From positions 25,251,365 to 25,315,364 of the forward strand of contig NC_092678.1 in NCBI RefSeq assembly GCF_964355755.1: 64,000 nt of DNA, given 5' to 3'. Numbering within the stretch: the first letter of the stretch is position 1; each line of letters begins with the position of its first letter. The DNA is from Antedon mediterranea (taxonomy: Eukaryota; Animalia; Echinodermata). Below the pieces are notes generated by a model. It had not been told where the DNA came from and did no database searches. It was given only the letters and a program-made list of their open reading frames with translations. The position numbers and the translations under genes were made by a program. Shown here piece by piece: positions 24,501 through 36,555 of the stretch.

Positions 24501-27500
24501 ACCCAAGTCTGCTCTCCCCACTCAACTTAGGGAAACCTTCTCCGACGAAACATATCTGAAAACTAATTGGTTGAAAATAAATGGTGCTCAAGTGGACAAT
24601 GAGTGTGGACCTGTGGCCTCTGGACAATCTCTTCATTTTGTTAAAGTGAGTCATTGTTTTGTTTGGTTTAACATTTCATGATGTACAGTCAACTATTTGA
24701 AAAACAATTCAAACTATAAGAAAATTCTGTTTTAGGATGTATCGTCTCTTAAAAAGAAATTCTGTTGTAATCTTTGTAAAATTTGAATTCTGAAAACTTA
24801 TTTAGTGAAAGGGTCAGAGGTCAACTGTTAACTTATTTATCTACTGTTTATACATTCATTTATCTGTATCTTATTAAAGGCCTGCATTCGGCAATTGGTG
24901 ACCAATGACCTTGACCTCGTACAAGCGGAACATGTTCAGTTTTACTTCAAATATGGTTGTTTATCTCGGCCAAGCATCCGTGATCAAGGAGTGCTCGTGG
25001 AGTACTCTACAAATGGAGGAATCGGGTGGAACCCTTTGATGGAGCTCCTCTATGATCAGTATAAATATCCTACGTAAGTTGTTGTCTGCAAGTCGTTTTG
25101 TTTCGTAATTTATTCGACCAAGAAGAAGAAAAAAATGCATATTAGTGCATAACTAAAATAATAGCATTTCTAACATTTTTCCCTTTTTTTGGTTAGGATC
25201 TATGGGTATTAGTGCCTGGATCTCAATGGAGATAAAAAATAAAATAAGCACTGATAAAATGACAATGCTGTGGATATCAGTGCCTGGATCTCAATGGAGA
25301 TAAAAAATAAAATAAGTACTGATAAAATGACAATGCTGTGGGTATTAGTGGCTGGATCTCAATGGAGATAAAAAATAAAATAAGCACTGACAAAATGACA
25401 ATGCTGTGGGTATTAGTGGCTGGATCTCAATGGAGATAAAAAATAAAATAAGTACTGATAAAATGACAATGCTGTGGGTATTAGTGGCTGGATCTCAATG
25501 GAGATAAAAAATAAAATAAGCAAAAAGCTAAATCAAAACGATAAAGTAAAACAGCCAGAAAAATATATAATATAGGGAAGGAACAGTACATTTACTCATG
25601 ATATTTAGACAAATAATAATACTATATTATACATTTTTTTTAAAATTAAGGTTAGTTTACTTCATAACATACAAGGATTTAATGTTAGTAAGGTGAGCTT
25701 ATCTGGAAGTCTTGAATGCAAACAATATAATTAAACTCAACTAACTTTGTTATTGCAGGTTTGTATCCATACCGCTAGTTTCTGAAGCCAAGTTCAACGG
25801 AACGCGCATTCGTTGGCATCAACCAAAGCATGAAGGTCACGGGCAGACTGACTGGGTCATTGATAATATATTCATTGGAGGGTCAAACGTGTTACCAAGT
25901 TCGCATGTTGACAACTTTGAAGAGGGCGTGGTCAGTAAACAATGGCTGTTCCATGGCAACACTATGCTTGCACCTTATTGCGTTGCTGATTGGCTAGTCA
26001 ATCCTATATCTGATGGCAGGCCTAATAGCTGGTCACTGATTGGTGGAGTGAATCCTCTTCATAATACACTAATAACCACTACAGATATCCATCTTCAGAA
26101 AGGTTCAGTTTTAGAATTTAAGGTATTTTTTTTTTTTTATTGTTAAAATGAATAAAAAAGTTTAATTGATTATAAATTTTCTTATATTAAGGTTTATTTA
26201 TATTATATTTTCCAAAAATTTCCTTTTTAAGTTAAGTGTAGGTTGTGATGCATCCTGGGATAGTGTCATGACACCAATTGACCTTCTTTATTCTACTGAT
26301 TATGGAATCACTTGGCAACACCTAGTCAGGAATTGCCTACCATCTCACCCAGAGTGTAACGGTGAAGTCACTCCTTCCAGCACGTACTATGCAAACCCAG
26401 GCTGGAGAAGAGTTGTTATACCAATCCCAGACCGAGCTATTACTAGGTAAGTAAGTACTTACTATGAAGTAAACTGAATGTGTTATATTGAATTGTAGTG
26501 TGTAGCTCCATTGAAGTGACCTTCAATATTTTAAACTCACTTAAACCAGCCACACTACGTTGTACTTATATTAGCAACCGTTTTTTTCTCATTCTGGTTA
26601 TATTTGTATATGAACTTGCTGTTAAGCACTGTCTACACTATCAAACTTTATGGGACAAAAAACGTGATATGTCTATATATGGACATGATGATGTCACATC
26701 ACTACTAGTTTGATATTGTAGACCTTGAGTTTTACATGTGTGCCTATGTTAATATACCTTTAGAGCAACAAGAATACGATGGGCTCAACAACATTTCTTC
26801 ACCAACAACACCATCAACCAACAGTGGGCATTGGATGATGTTAGGATTGGGCCTAGTTGCTATGCAATGTGCAGTGGTCATGGGTCCTGCCATTACCCAG
26901 TATGCATCTGTGATACAGGATTTTATGGCAGCTTTTGTGAGAGTAGTTCTACATTGAAGGTATTTCATTTTATTGTTTGAAAGTGGAGTTGAGTTTTGGA
27001 GTGGAGTTGTGAATTGGTGGTTGTGATGCTCGTCTACCAATCCAAGGGTCCTGGTTCAAGTCATGTCATGTCAGGATTTTTTCTAATGACAATTTACAAC
27101 TCCATTCCCAAAAACTTGTAATAAGACTTTGTTTATGTTGAGCATCTTGTGTAGATGTCTTGTGAACAGGATTGCCACCTGTAAGAAGGATATTGAATGA
27201 ATTCGCTTATGGTTATGGTTGGAGATTTGCCGAAATATTTTTTTTTTAAAGAAAGAAAAGAAAAATGTACTTACTTTTTATTACATACACAAACTATTAC
27301 ATCCTGATTGATAAGTAACAATATACAATAGATAATATTATTCTAGTTCTGTTTTATTTTAGACAATATTGAAAGACAGGTTTCAGAGGCATCAGATTGA
27401 CTATGACAATTGGGCATTCATCCAAGGTGGAAGAACTATCGCTAGCCAGCATAAAAGTTGCGGCATTTTGTCTGAAGGTCGCTCACTGTACTTCAACCAG

Positions 27501-30500
27501 CCAGTATTGCGACTTGCAGAAACTATAGATCTTGATTTGCGTAACGCACGTTTCTTGAAGTATTACGCGATGATAGGTAGCGAGTTTTCTACGCCACACT
27601 GCCTGACGCCACAGAGTCGTCATGATAGTGTTATTTTACAGTATTCAATCAATTCAGGTACATTTTTGTTTTATTTTGTTTTATTCAGGCAAATTGCCAA
27701 GGATAACCATAAGCGAATTCATTCACTATCCTTCTTAAAGGTGGTAATCCTGTTCACAAGACAAACATATACACAAGATGCTTTACATAAAGTCTTATTA
27801 CAAGTCTTTGGGAGTAGAGTTGTAATTTGTCATTAGAAAAAATCCTGCCATATTTCAGGCTTGAACCCAGAACCCTTAAATTGGTAGCCAAGCATCATAA
27901 TCACCAAGCCACAACCCTTATTTTTTTATTTCATAATAGCATGATAACAAATATGAAAAAAAATAATGTTCAAAATCAATCAATTTTATTAAGCTTATTA
28001 AATTGTTTAAACTTTAGGAATAACCTGGCAACTACTCCATGAGCTGGATTACAATAATTATCAGGTACCAAGACAAGATTACATTCCACTTCCAGTCAGC
28101 GCACGAACCAGGTCAACACGGTTTAGATGGTGGGCACCAATGTCACCAGCCACGCCTCAGCCACAGTGGGCATTGGACGATGTTTATATTGGTACAGTAT
28201 TTCATCTTTTTCTTTGGTTTATGGAATTGCCTTTCTGTTACATTGATATACTGTAACCTAGTGTTGTTTTTCTACTCTAGATTGTCTCTTTCACCCAGGT
28301 GTATAAATGGGTACTGACAATATATAATTAAGTTGAGGTGCTTTATAAACTTTGACCTTCTTTTGATCAATTCTCTACTCTTTTTTCTATTGTTAAAATT
28401 GTACACAGTACCTAATAAAATTAACTTTTAACTTTATTTAGGTGGATCTGAAATTAACAACATCAACTTATTTGCGGATTTTAATGATAATACGATCGAA
28501 GAAACAAAGTGGGATTTTTACCCATATGGACAGCTACGTGCAGGAGTTTGTGGTAACTTTGGTAACTCAATTGGATGGGATCACATATCAGCTGATGATC
28601 GTCATGTTAGTCTCACAACCAGACAGTTGATTGTTGATGCTGAATATATGATTCAGTTTAAGGTACTGATTTGGCCCAATTCCAGAAAGTTTGGTGACAA
28701 CACACCCCAACATTTTCACACCTTTTTCATTGCCACTTCCGCACTCAATATTGTTTAGAATACCATCAATAAGTATTTGGAGTGGACTCTTGTGGTAGTT
28801 AAGTGTGGACTCTTGTGGTAGTTAAGTGTGGACTCTTGTGGTAGTTAAGTGTGGACTCTTGTGGTAGTTAAGTGTGGACTCTTGTGGTAGTTAAGTGTGG
28901 ACTCTTGTGGTAGTTAAGTGTGGACTCTTGTGGTAGTTAAGTGTGGACTCTTGTGGTAGTTAAGTGGTCTGGTCAACTGTGAAATGGTTCTATGTTTTGC
29001 TTGTGTTCCATTCCACATTGCTGTTCTTCTGGTCATTTTAACCATTCTTATATACAATTGAATAATAATTTATATTTCCATACTTTTTATTTATTTAGTT
29101 TATATATTTTAAAACGTAAATATACAGGATAAAAACATATCAGGTATAGATATTGCACCTGTTTTACATATGGTCCTGATACTTAAGTTTATACTTAATA
29201 CTTTCTAGATTGCAGTAGGCTGCTCAAGCCAATCAAATTCATGTCAAACAACTTATCCTGTCTTGTTGCTATTCAACACTGACCCCAGTCATCCAAATTG
29301 GCAGCTTGTAGAACGACAGTGCCTTCCAGGATCAGCCAATCCGCTGTGTCCACCATCGCAGTACCATCCAGGCAGCGTATACTCCGCTAATGACCACAAA
29401 CAGTGGACAATGGTCACTTTAAAACTACCTGCAGAAACGGTCTCAAGGTAAAGTTCGGTCTGCACTCAAATCAAACTACTTTACCATATTTAAGCATATT
29501 ACTACCATATTTGGGTACATCACACTTTTTTGACTTGTATTTTCTTTTATTCTAGTACAACCCAGTTTCGATGGATTCAGCTGTCTGGAAATTCTAGACG
29601 TAGAGCACCTCGATGGTCATTAGATGACATTTACATTGGAGAGGCCTGCCCCTCATTGTGTCATGGTCATGGAACGTGCTTACCTGAAGGATTCTGTGTT
29701 TGTGATGAAGGATATGGAGGTATTGTAGACTGCACATTTTAATTAGGCAATGCTACAGCAGTCTAGAAAACCTACCAAATAGTACATTCTCAATAAAAAT
29801 CAGAATGTCTCCCAAGGCACAAAATTCCAAATTATTTTCTACCATTAAAACATATTCAGAATACCAGACTTTCTGACATATTATGTCAACCAAGGAGTGT
29901 CTGGTATTGAGTTGACTGTATTAGATTCAGATGTTTAAATGCCCTTAGACACCTGCTTGTATAAAATATAATATTCAAATGATTTTAGGGATTGTAGACA
30001 TCATTAAATCATTGTAGACACTCTTTTCTCTGTCTGCATGTACAGTGTATTTTTCAATAGTAATGGATTTAATTATTATTACTACCTTCGTTAATCCTCT
30101 CTAGATGAGTCCTGTACCCCAATCAAGATCTTGCAACAAGATTTCCTTGATAACTTTGAAGGTAGTCTTCTAGCGTCTCGTTGGAGTCGTGTTAGAGGAG
30201 GGCGCTTAGGTGTTGGATGCGGTTCACTTGTTCCGCACGCTCACGGCAAGTCGCTTTACTTTAGTAGCTGTGGATTGCGAGAGGCTATTACTGTGGAGTA
30301 TGACACCAGAAATACAAGGTACTAAGTTCCACTGAATGGTTTCACAATACTTGGCTGATCTGGGAATGGCACAGGGGCCAGTATCTGTAGTGTTAATGCA
30401 GTAAATTCGTTAAAATTAATTCAACAAACATTTATTTCATCAAATGCCTTACAATTTAAACAAAGCATACAATGAGGACCAACCAAGAAGTAAAACTTGT

Positions 30501-32151
30501 CTCAGTTGGCCCTTGTAACATGGTTACAAAAAATAACAAGAACAAGTGAGAATATGAATAAATTAATTAAATTAATTAAGTAGAATTTGTTTTATGTTTT
30601 CATTTTAGGGAAATTATATTTGTTATTCAAATTGGAAGTGCACGACCATCCCCATCATGCAACATACATCAGGCGTCTGGGGCAACCACAAATAAGTCAG
30701 TTCTGTTTCAATACACGAATGATAATGGCACAAATTGGAACGTGATTGCGGAACATCACCCACAGTCTTATAACCGTGCGACAAAAGTGAAGTATGAGCT
30801 ACCGATCCAAGCCAAAGCAAATGGCGTGAGGTTCAGGTGGTGGCAGCCATTCCATATGGGGGCAGGATATGATCAGTGGGCTATAGACCATGTTGAACTT
30901 GTGTTGTGAGTAATGATTTTAAAAATCTATTTTGACAAACTAAAATTAGTTTTAAAATAGATTTTTAAAATATCGTATCTTCAAACCAGATGGAACATTT
31001 TCAATCATAATAATTGTTACTGTTTACAGGTTTTAAAGTAATTAGAGAAACTTTTGGTGAAGACAATTAATATTTTTGTTTTATTAATTTTGGCAGCGTA
31101 TCGGGTATAAACGGATGCATGAGCATTAATGTACCTATTGTGATTTCAATTGAAAGAATTTGTATTGCCTTCCGTTATAAAAAAATAAAACAAGTCGGTC
31201 GTAGTAACGAGTATCGTAGATAGCCTAGGATGATAAGCACTTTAAATAGACCTGTATGCATGGCCAAATGGGTATCAAAGAAGATGGATGAAGATAGGAC
31301 TACAGCAACAGTAATTGAAAAGTAGGCTAGTTTAGCTAGAGTAAACATCTAGATATATATATAAGTGAATATATTATAACATTTTAGTAGAAAGTTCAAT
31401 TAGGCCAAACCAAGGCCTACCAACCCATGTTGATCAACACCTACAGTTACCAAGGCCTACCAACCCATGTTGATCAACACCTACAGTTACCAAGGCCAAC
31501 CAACCCATGTTGATCAACACCTACAGTTACCAAGGCCTACCAACCCATGTTGATCAACACCTACAGTTACCAAGGCCTACCAACCCATGTTGATCAACAC
31601 CTACAGTTACCAAGGCCTACCAACCCATGTTGATCAACACCTACAGTTACCAAGGCCTACCAACCCATGTTGATCAACACCTACAGTTACCAAGGCCTAC
31701 CAACCCATGTTGATCAACACCTACAGTTACCAAGGCCTACCAACCCATGTTGATCAACACCTACAGTTACCAAGGCCTACCAACCCATGTTGATCAACAC
31801 CTACAGTTGTTTTTTTAAACATTCTTAGACTAGGCCTACATCTACGATATGCATTTATAGATGCGATATGCGTGATAGACACATAGGATAATAATGGTGA
31901 AGTTCAAATGGACGTCTTCCACCAAAATCTCTCTATCTCTAAACTTTATCTTTTAATTAATAGTTTTTTGTTTTTTCTAATTTGCCTTTTGAAAATATAA
32001 ACTAATAATATAATTTCTATTTATATTGTTTTATTAAACAAGAATTCCATACATTTTTGTTTATATTTCATGGATTGACTTTATTAATTTCAGAAATCGA
32101 AGGCTCCCCATTGGTCAAAGTCAACCACGTAGAACACTGCAATATGGATAA
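536..32151 (+). CDS. RELN: Reelin (5'-partial; 51 exons, 8 reelin repeats with EGF modules, basic C-terminal exon)
   Basis: Hand-spliced exons in continuous frame: 536-611, 2469-2617, 3542-3638, 4121-4364, 4686-4888, 5359-5510, 6492-6610, 7492-7832, 8066-8175, 8519-8813, 9171-9332, 9575-9811, 10099-10226, 10315-10489, 10614-10751, 11035-11227, 11627-11832, 12270-12417, 12662-12817, 12927-13165, 13625-13776, 14533-14734, 15141-15388, 15633-15815, 16100-16379, 16622-16762, 17058-17232, 17687-17963, 18385-18589, 19474-19576, 19941-20167, 20827-21044, 21244-21391, 21619-21877, 22044-22181, 22366-22510, 23330-23498, 23909-24049, 24465-24645, 24880-25073, 25759-26122, 26232-26446, 26764-26959, 27363-27657, 28018-28191, 28442-28662, 29209-29447, 29556-29719, 30105-30318, 30609-30905, 32094-32151. 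Translation gives ILRDDF, CGTIMHG...[16 protein letters not shown], repeated Asp-box motifs ([20 protein letters not shown]), RFRWWQP / WALDDVYIG, and eight C..CxGHG EGF modules (about 8537, 10702, 13708, 16713, 20921, 24000, 26858, 29646), collinear with vertebrate Reelin. Signal peptide and Reeler domain lie upstream of the window. Confidence 0.96.
908..1071. mobile_element. MITE family 1 (PIF/Harbinger-like), complete copy
   Basis: TIR AGCTCTGTC(T/C)ACACTATCAAACT ... AGTTTGATAGTGT(A/G)GACAGAGCT flanked by TAA...TAA. Internal 20-bp subrepeat CATCACTACCATATTTGGGCA. No coding capacity. Confidence 0.88.
1817..2440. repeat. 18-bp minisatellite (about 26 copies) fused to a Tc1/pogo-like MITE
   Basis: (aatacaggtaactctccc)n 1817-2294 continues into actctcccaataccagacacct ... 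tccggtatttggagagtccattgt, an imperfect inverted copy of the unit plus adjacent bases. Confidence 0.85.
2581..3020 (+). repeat. 65-81-bp tandem repeat derived from a Reelin exon end plus splice donor
   Basis: Unit acaccagcacggcatctacactacagtttgtcattg|gtgagt(a/t)tactcaaaatacacactgatt(atgtcatgagcaaatgt), about 6 copies; first copy is the real exon end at 2617. Confidence 0.92.
4530..4604. mobile_element. MITE family 1, internally deleted copy
   Basis: agctctgtctgcactatcaaact ... agtttgatagtgtagaca with one internal subrepeat. Confidence 0.75.
5525..6270. repeat. Compound TACT/AGTGATATACTTACT low-complexity satellite
   Basis: Visible iterated tactt / agtgatatacttact units. Confidence 0.9.
6675..6802. 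mobile_element. MITE family 1 copy
   Basis: Both TIRs present. Confidence 0.85.
6880..7265 (-). mobile_element. LINE (CR1/L2-type) 3' end remnant
   Basis: Minus strand encodes [11 protein letters not shown]; hairpin gggtacccca...tggggtcc and (attg)n tail. Confidence 0.55.
7917..8046. mobile_element. MITE family 1 copy
   Basis: Both TIRs (right one diverged), TTA...TTA flanks; ends about 20 nt before the Reelin acceptor at 8066. Confidence 0.8.
9842..9971. mobile_element. MITE family 1 copy, right end truncated
   Basis: Left TIR, internal subrepeats, partial tttgatagtgt. Confidence 0.78.
11300..11600 (+). mobile_element. Probable degenerate SINE
   Basis: gagtggttaagac (A-box-like), gattcaag (B-box-like), GC-richer body and (aataa)n tail. 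Confidence 0.45.
11878..12035. mobile_element. MITE family 1 complete copy
   Basis: Both TIRs, TTA...TTA flanks, three internal 20-bp subrepeats. Confidence 0.88.
13242..13445. repeat. 18-bp minisatellite, about 11 copies
   Basis: (tgaggatgcggacttgaa)n, intronic. Confidence 0.92.
14328..14496. mobile_element. MITE family 1, left-truncated, internal 20-bp unit expanded about 6 times
   Basis: (catcactaccatatttgggca)n followed by right TIR tttgatagtgtagacagagct. Confidence 0.82.
18720..19160. repeat. About 16-bp minisatellite
   Basis: (cttaagt[g/c]atgcttac)n. Confidence 0.92.
20268..20519. mobile_element. MITE family 1 copy with internal insertion
   Basis: Left TIR at 20268, subrepeats, about 85-bp unrelated insert, right TIR ending about 20519. 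Confidence 0.75.
21442..21566. mobile_element. MITE family 1 copy
   Basis: Both TIRs, TAA...TAA flanks. Confidence 0.85.
22222..22312. mobile_element. MITE family 1 short copy
   Basis: Both TIR ends; occupies half of the small GC-AG intron 22182-22365. Confidence 0.8.
22570..23000. repeat. Local duplication including two MITE family 1 left ends
   Basis: aataaggctgattggctataagtaggtgactg at about 22572, 22623 and 22820; tgcaaaatgtggtgatg...gagtgtaaagctctgt twice (MITE ends at about 22706 and 22909). Confidence 0.75.
23690..23842 (-). mobile_element. tRNA-derived SINE with central conserved domain
   Basis: Minus strand: TGGCGCAGTG (A box) ... GTTAAAATCC (B-box-like) ... tgtatcctttggcaagatactttac ... 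ctctacccagttgtataagtgggtacc. A related fragment (cacccaggtgtataaatgggtact) is at about 28292-28316. Confidence 0.62.
24180..24380 (-). mobile_element. LINE (Rex-Babar/L2-like) ORF2 3' fragment
   Basis: [38 protein letters not shown] is the typical Rex1/Babar C-terminal motif. Confidence 0.75.
25203..25520. repeat. About 68-bp tandem repeat, 4-5 copies
   Basis: tgggtattagtggctggatctcaatggagataaaaaataaaataagcactgataaaatgacaatgctg repeated. Confidence 0.9.
26625..26722. mobile_element. MITE family 1 copy (diverged)
   Basis: agcactgtctacactatcaaact ... agtttgatattgtagac. Confidence 0.75.
28782..28967. repeat. 23-bp minisatellite, 8 copies
   Basis: (gtggactcttgtggtagttaagt)n. Confidence 0.92.
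31410..31808. repeat. 40-bp minisatellite, 10 copies
   Basis: (ccaaggcctaccaacccatgttgatcaacacctacagtta)n in the last Reelin intron. Confidence 0.93.
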
Positions 32152-32489
32152 CATTTCAAGACAATCTTTAACTGGACTTTAACTGGACTTTAACTGGACT
32201 TTAACTGGAATTTCTACTATATTTTGCTGTAAATTTAAACTGTATATTATCAAAGTTTTTAAAATTAATAGTATAAACAAATTGTAGTGTAGTAATCAAT
32301 TCCTGTAAAAATTATGTTTAAATTAAATATAAAAACTGTTTTATAGCTAGTTTTTCATTATATTAGATCCATGTTGTATTAATGTCTTATTGTGTGAATA
32401 TTATTATTACATATGCCTATAATTAAAAAACGATTGTTGTACAGTAAGCTATTGGACCATTTAATTAAGCATCACTGTTGTTTGATAGC

Positions 32490-32772
32490 TGTCCTAGCAA
32501 CAGCAGGTCATGTCAACATACATGTCATTGCCAATGGCGCTGTCCTAACAACAACAGGTCATGTTGTCTCGTTGCCAATGACACTGTCCCAGCAACAGCA
32601 GGTCATGTCATGTCGTTGCCAATGACACTGTCCCAGCAACAGCAGGTCATGTCGTGTCGTTGCCAATGACACTGTCCCAGCAACAGCAGGTCATGTTGTG
32701 TCGTTGCCAATGACACTGTCCTAGCAACAGCAGGTCATGTCAACACCAACCTGTGTCAACACCAACCTGTGT
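32490..32772. repeat. About 44-bp tandem repeat in the Reelin 3' region
   Basis: ctgtcc[c/t]agcaacagcaggtcatgt...gtcgttgccaatgaca, about 5-6 copies. Confidence 0.88.
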
Positions 32773-34033
32773 CATAATGGTTAAAACATTCTTATTATGC
32801 CACTCTCAACTTCAGTGGTTTAAAAGACAGATTAAAAAAAAACATGCAACTAAATTCAATTATATTATATTTTATTTTTTACAATTGTATGAATTAACTA
32901 CAAAAGTAAAAACCATTTACACTTAAAAACCTTTGCTACTATAAACTATTGAGTGCTTTAAAAGAAAAATGAGAAACGATGTAATTAGTTAAATATATAT
33001 TATTTTACATTTGACAAGTGTAATTAATCCCAGGGGCAAAAAATTGCTTATATATACTTAAAGATGTATTGTCCCCCAAAAACATGAAAAATGAAGATTA
33101 ATTAAATCCGACTTTGAATATGTTATTTTGTAGTTTTAAAGTTAATCACAATTCCATAAAAAAAAAAAATTTAACAAATAATGTTTTCACTTATAAATTG
33201 ACAAAGTAAATGGTTAAATTCATCCAAAAACCCACTGGCTGGCAGCCAATTTGACCATTTTTTGCTTTAAATTACAGTTTTTCAGGTCAATACTTTTTTT
33301 TTTCGATCCAATTGTGTTACATTAAAATGGCATATTCAATATTTTTTCAAGGGACAATATATCTTTAAAATGAAGTTTATGTCATTGAATAAATAAATGA
33401 ATGATTGCCAAGACTAATAATTCATTCAAACATAGATTCGGTAGTACATTGAACAAATTGTCAAATAATATGGCAAATATATACTTACAAAATGTTTTTG
33501 CTTTGATGTCTTTAAAAGTTTGCTCATGACATGTTTAAATAAATACTGCAGTATACCTTAATTATACTGCAGTAATACTAATAAGTATACTGTATAATAT
33601 GTCCTAAATTTATTCTACTTTATTACAAGTAGAGGTAATAGTACAATTTGTTTCACTTACTCATTTTGAACCTTATTGACTAAAAATGTCATTATAACTG
33701 TAATTTTACACTGTAATTTGATATAATCTAACACTTATTTACCTTGTTTTAATTAAGTACTATATTTTAAATCCAATTTTTTTCTTCCAAAAATGTCTAA
33801 TATTAAAGACCGTAGACTTGTTACAACTCTATAGTTATTGTTTTTTTATAACATAGCGGCACAAATTATTCTACCTCAAGGTATAACACGCTATGTGTGC
33901 CAAAATGTTTTCTTAAATCTTCATCTGGACAGAAATCCATCATTAAATTATATTAATAATAATAAAAAAGTTTATTTTATCCCATTACTATATATTTACA
34001 TATACTTTTATAACAAAGAACAATTTGAACCAA

Positions 34034-36555
34034 TCACCATGAAGGTAAAAAGGATGTTATATGAGGTCCTCCGCACCATCGGTAACACCGGTAACACCCG
34101 AACATAACGGTACCTAATACAGATGCTCGTATTGACAAACGAAAAATTGTCCCAACTAAGGTTCGACCTGGTACCCTGTACAAAAAAAAAACATATTTTT
34201 ATTTTATTTCTTATTTTATTCAATCAAAACCAACAGCAATAATTACCGCCACTAACTAACAGATATAAATATGTAAAAACATAGATCAGCATGCCATAAA
34301 GAATTCAATACAGCAGGTATAACAAACTTAGTTGGTACTTACTTCATTATCTCTTGAATTTGGCTAGTATTTGGTGGGTTATTCCAGTTTTCTACGATAC
34401 CAGGTGTATGGCCAATGCCAACCACGCCCACAACTACAGGTGCCACATATGCTGTAAGAGAAAAAACATTGAACAAAAATAGAATTGAACCATAAAGGCC
34501 AATGGCTTTTATTGTAATCAAATAATAATGGTAGTCTTATATAATGATCTCTCACCATTTTTATGTTCCGAGTAGAATGGCTGTGCACACATTCGTAAAG
34601 AATTTGCTAAGAACATGTCACGTTCTGTTACAAACACTCGACTTAGCGCTGGGAATTCTCCCGTCATTTCTTCCAACATTTCTTCTAACAAATCTTTCTG
34701 TTTACACTTCTCAACATCCTCTTTTCTGTTGAAAGATATTAGTTATTTATTAAGTACCATTTCACACTAAAAGTGTGTACTTAAGTAATTGTAATATCCG
34801 CATCCAACTTACGTAATAGGGTCCTTAGATGTGATCATGAACCAAGCTAGCCTCATCTTTTGCCAAACTGAAAGCTTAGCCATTGCTCTGTTTAAGGTGA
34901 TCTGAATAGGTCTGTCGCCAAGGTTTAATTTACAGCCTGGAATTTGCTGGGCCTAGAAAGAAAACAAAATTATTATTATAGACGGCATGAACCTTCTAAT
35001 ATTGATCCTAATAATTGTTTTTTATTTATTTTTGTTCTTTATTTCATTCTACTTTGTTTGCTTTGTTTTTCTGTTATTTCAACTATTATTTTGTTAATAT
35101 TAATATAAATATATTATCTTTATTACCATTATTGAAGAAAAGTTTTAATGAACTGAAAAAAAAAACAAGACGGCATAAAAACAAGATAGTAATTTCCTGC
35201 ATAAGGTGTTGAAACACCAAAAATCTTACCTCTCTGAAAGCTCTTCGGAACTCACCCCCAGGGGCCATCCCTAGCTCCTTTGTCAGGTGGGCTGATAGAC
35301 TTAGTAACAGAACTTGCATTAACCCGCTTACAACACCACTCTGGTAAAGAAACAAACACATTACGAATCATTTTAGTGAATATCATAAATATTGGTGTAA
35401 TCATTAGAGGTGTAACGCAGAGGCCTGAGGCCCCTGGTTTAGGAACCGTAATTGGTCCTCCAATGCAGGAGGCCCTTGGGCGTTTGAATGCCTGTTTTTT
35501 CCTCTGAGCACTGCTCAGTTGGCCCCATAAGCTCCAGGGCCGCTGGGTTTAGCCAGTGAACACTCATAGCCGTTACGCCACTAGTATTCATTAATCTTTG
35601 CTATTTGATATGCTTCTTTGATATTGATATACTATACCTGCTTTATAGATAATCTTAATTTTTCCATGTTGATATTTTTAGCTTCTTCTAATAATGTTTC
35701 TTCGTCAAGCTGCATAATACTAAGGCGGCTTTTACACAATTCTACCATTACAATGTCTGGCTGCACTGCTTGTATCGTCTAAAAATTAATAAAAAAAGGT
35801 TTTAAAATAATATTTTGAGACTATTTAATAATAAATTATTATTATGCAAACTATTATGCAAATTAATTACTTATGCAAATTAATTACTTATTAGGTTAAC
35901 ACACCTGGGCAACATCATTCTGACTTTCTATACTGAAATGTGCGGTTCCAATAACATAAACTTTAGCCCCTTGTTCAGTTTCCAACACAGACACAGTCGA
36001 CGGGAGAACAGGGTTCTCTTGTCTTTTGAGGAATTTCAATCGTAATAATTCAACATCATCCATATTATCCTCCAGATCACTCTCCTCTCCGCTGCTGATG
36101 TCATACTCCATATCACTCTGATCCGATGGCAGCATACGGTCGTCTTCATCCATGTTCTCATTCACGTGGTAACTCCCAATTTCACTATCACTATCGTCAC
36201 ACATCCCTGGAGCATCGTCCCCGCCAGCATCCACTACATCAACCGGCATATTCGGTTGGCTGATTTTACGATACGTTCCTTGCTCTAAGACGTCGGTGTC
36301 CATTTGTTGGGTTGCGGCATTTAACGTATAGCTTCCGTCTTCACTGATACTGTCGCATTGACTGTCTTTCTCGCTGTTCATCTCGTAACATCCTTGTTTG
36401 CTCCCTCCTTCATCATCGCTCATGTCAAGCTTTTCACTGAATCCATTTTCTAGGCCGGTGGATGTCGTAAGACCATCATCAACATCATCATTATCATCTT
36501 GTTCATTATTTTTTACCAAGAACTCCTCCTGAAGTTTAATGACATCGGAAGACAT
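34034..36555 (-). CDS. TRABD: TraB domain-containing protein with long acidic N-terminal extension and C-terminal hydrophobic anchor
   Basis: Exons (minus): 36555-35905, 35778-35638, 35340-35230, 34952-34813, 34725-34556, 34451-34343, 34175-34034. Motifs VYVIGTAHFS.ES, VQPDIVMVELC..R, LGMAPGGEFRRAF, LGDRPIQITL.R, ERD.FLA..L, VVVGVVGIGHTPGI..NW are characteristic of the TraB/PrgY family and match metazoan TRABD. All junctions GT-AG. Start ATG is the first in the exon, but the frame is open upstream to an acceptor near 36587. Confidence 0.93.

Noticed and set aside
7648-30325. Asp-box (SxDxGxxW) ORFs suggesting sialidases or several separate genes
   Set aside because: All splice into one collinear Reelin reading frame.
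31097-31104. Exact equivalent of the vertebrate 6-nt VS microexon
   Set aside because: The plausible downstream donor (GTATAA at 31105) gives an 8-nt exon that would frameshift the terminal exon; kept only as a possible alternative terminal exon.
31410-31808. 40-bp repeat array resembling a CRISPR array
   Set aside because: Units are directly adjacent with no unique spacers; eukaryotic context and no cas genes.
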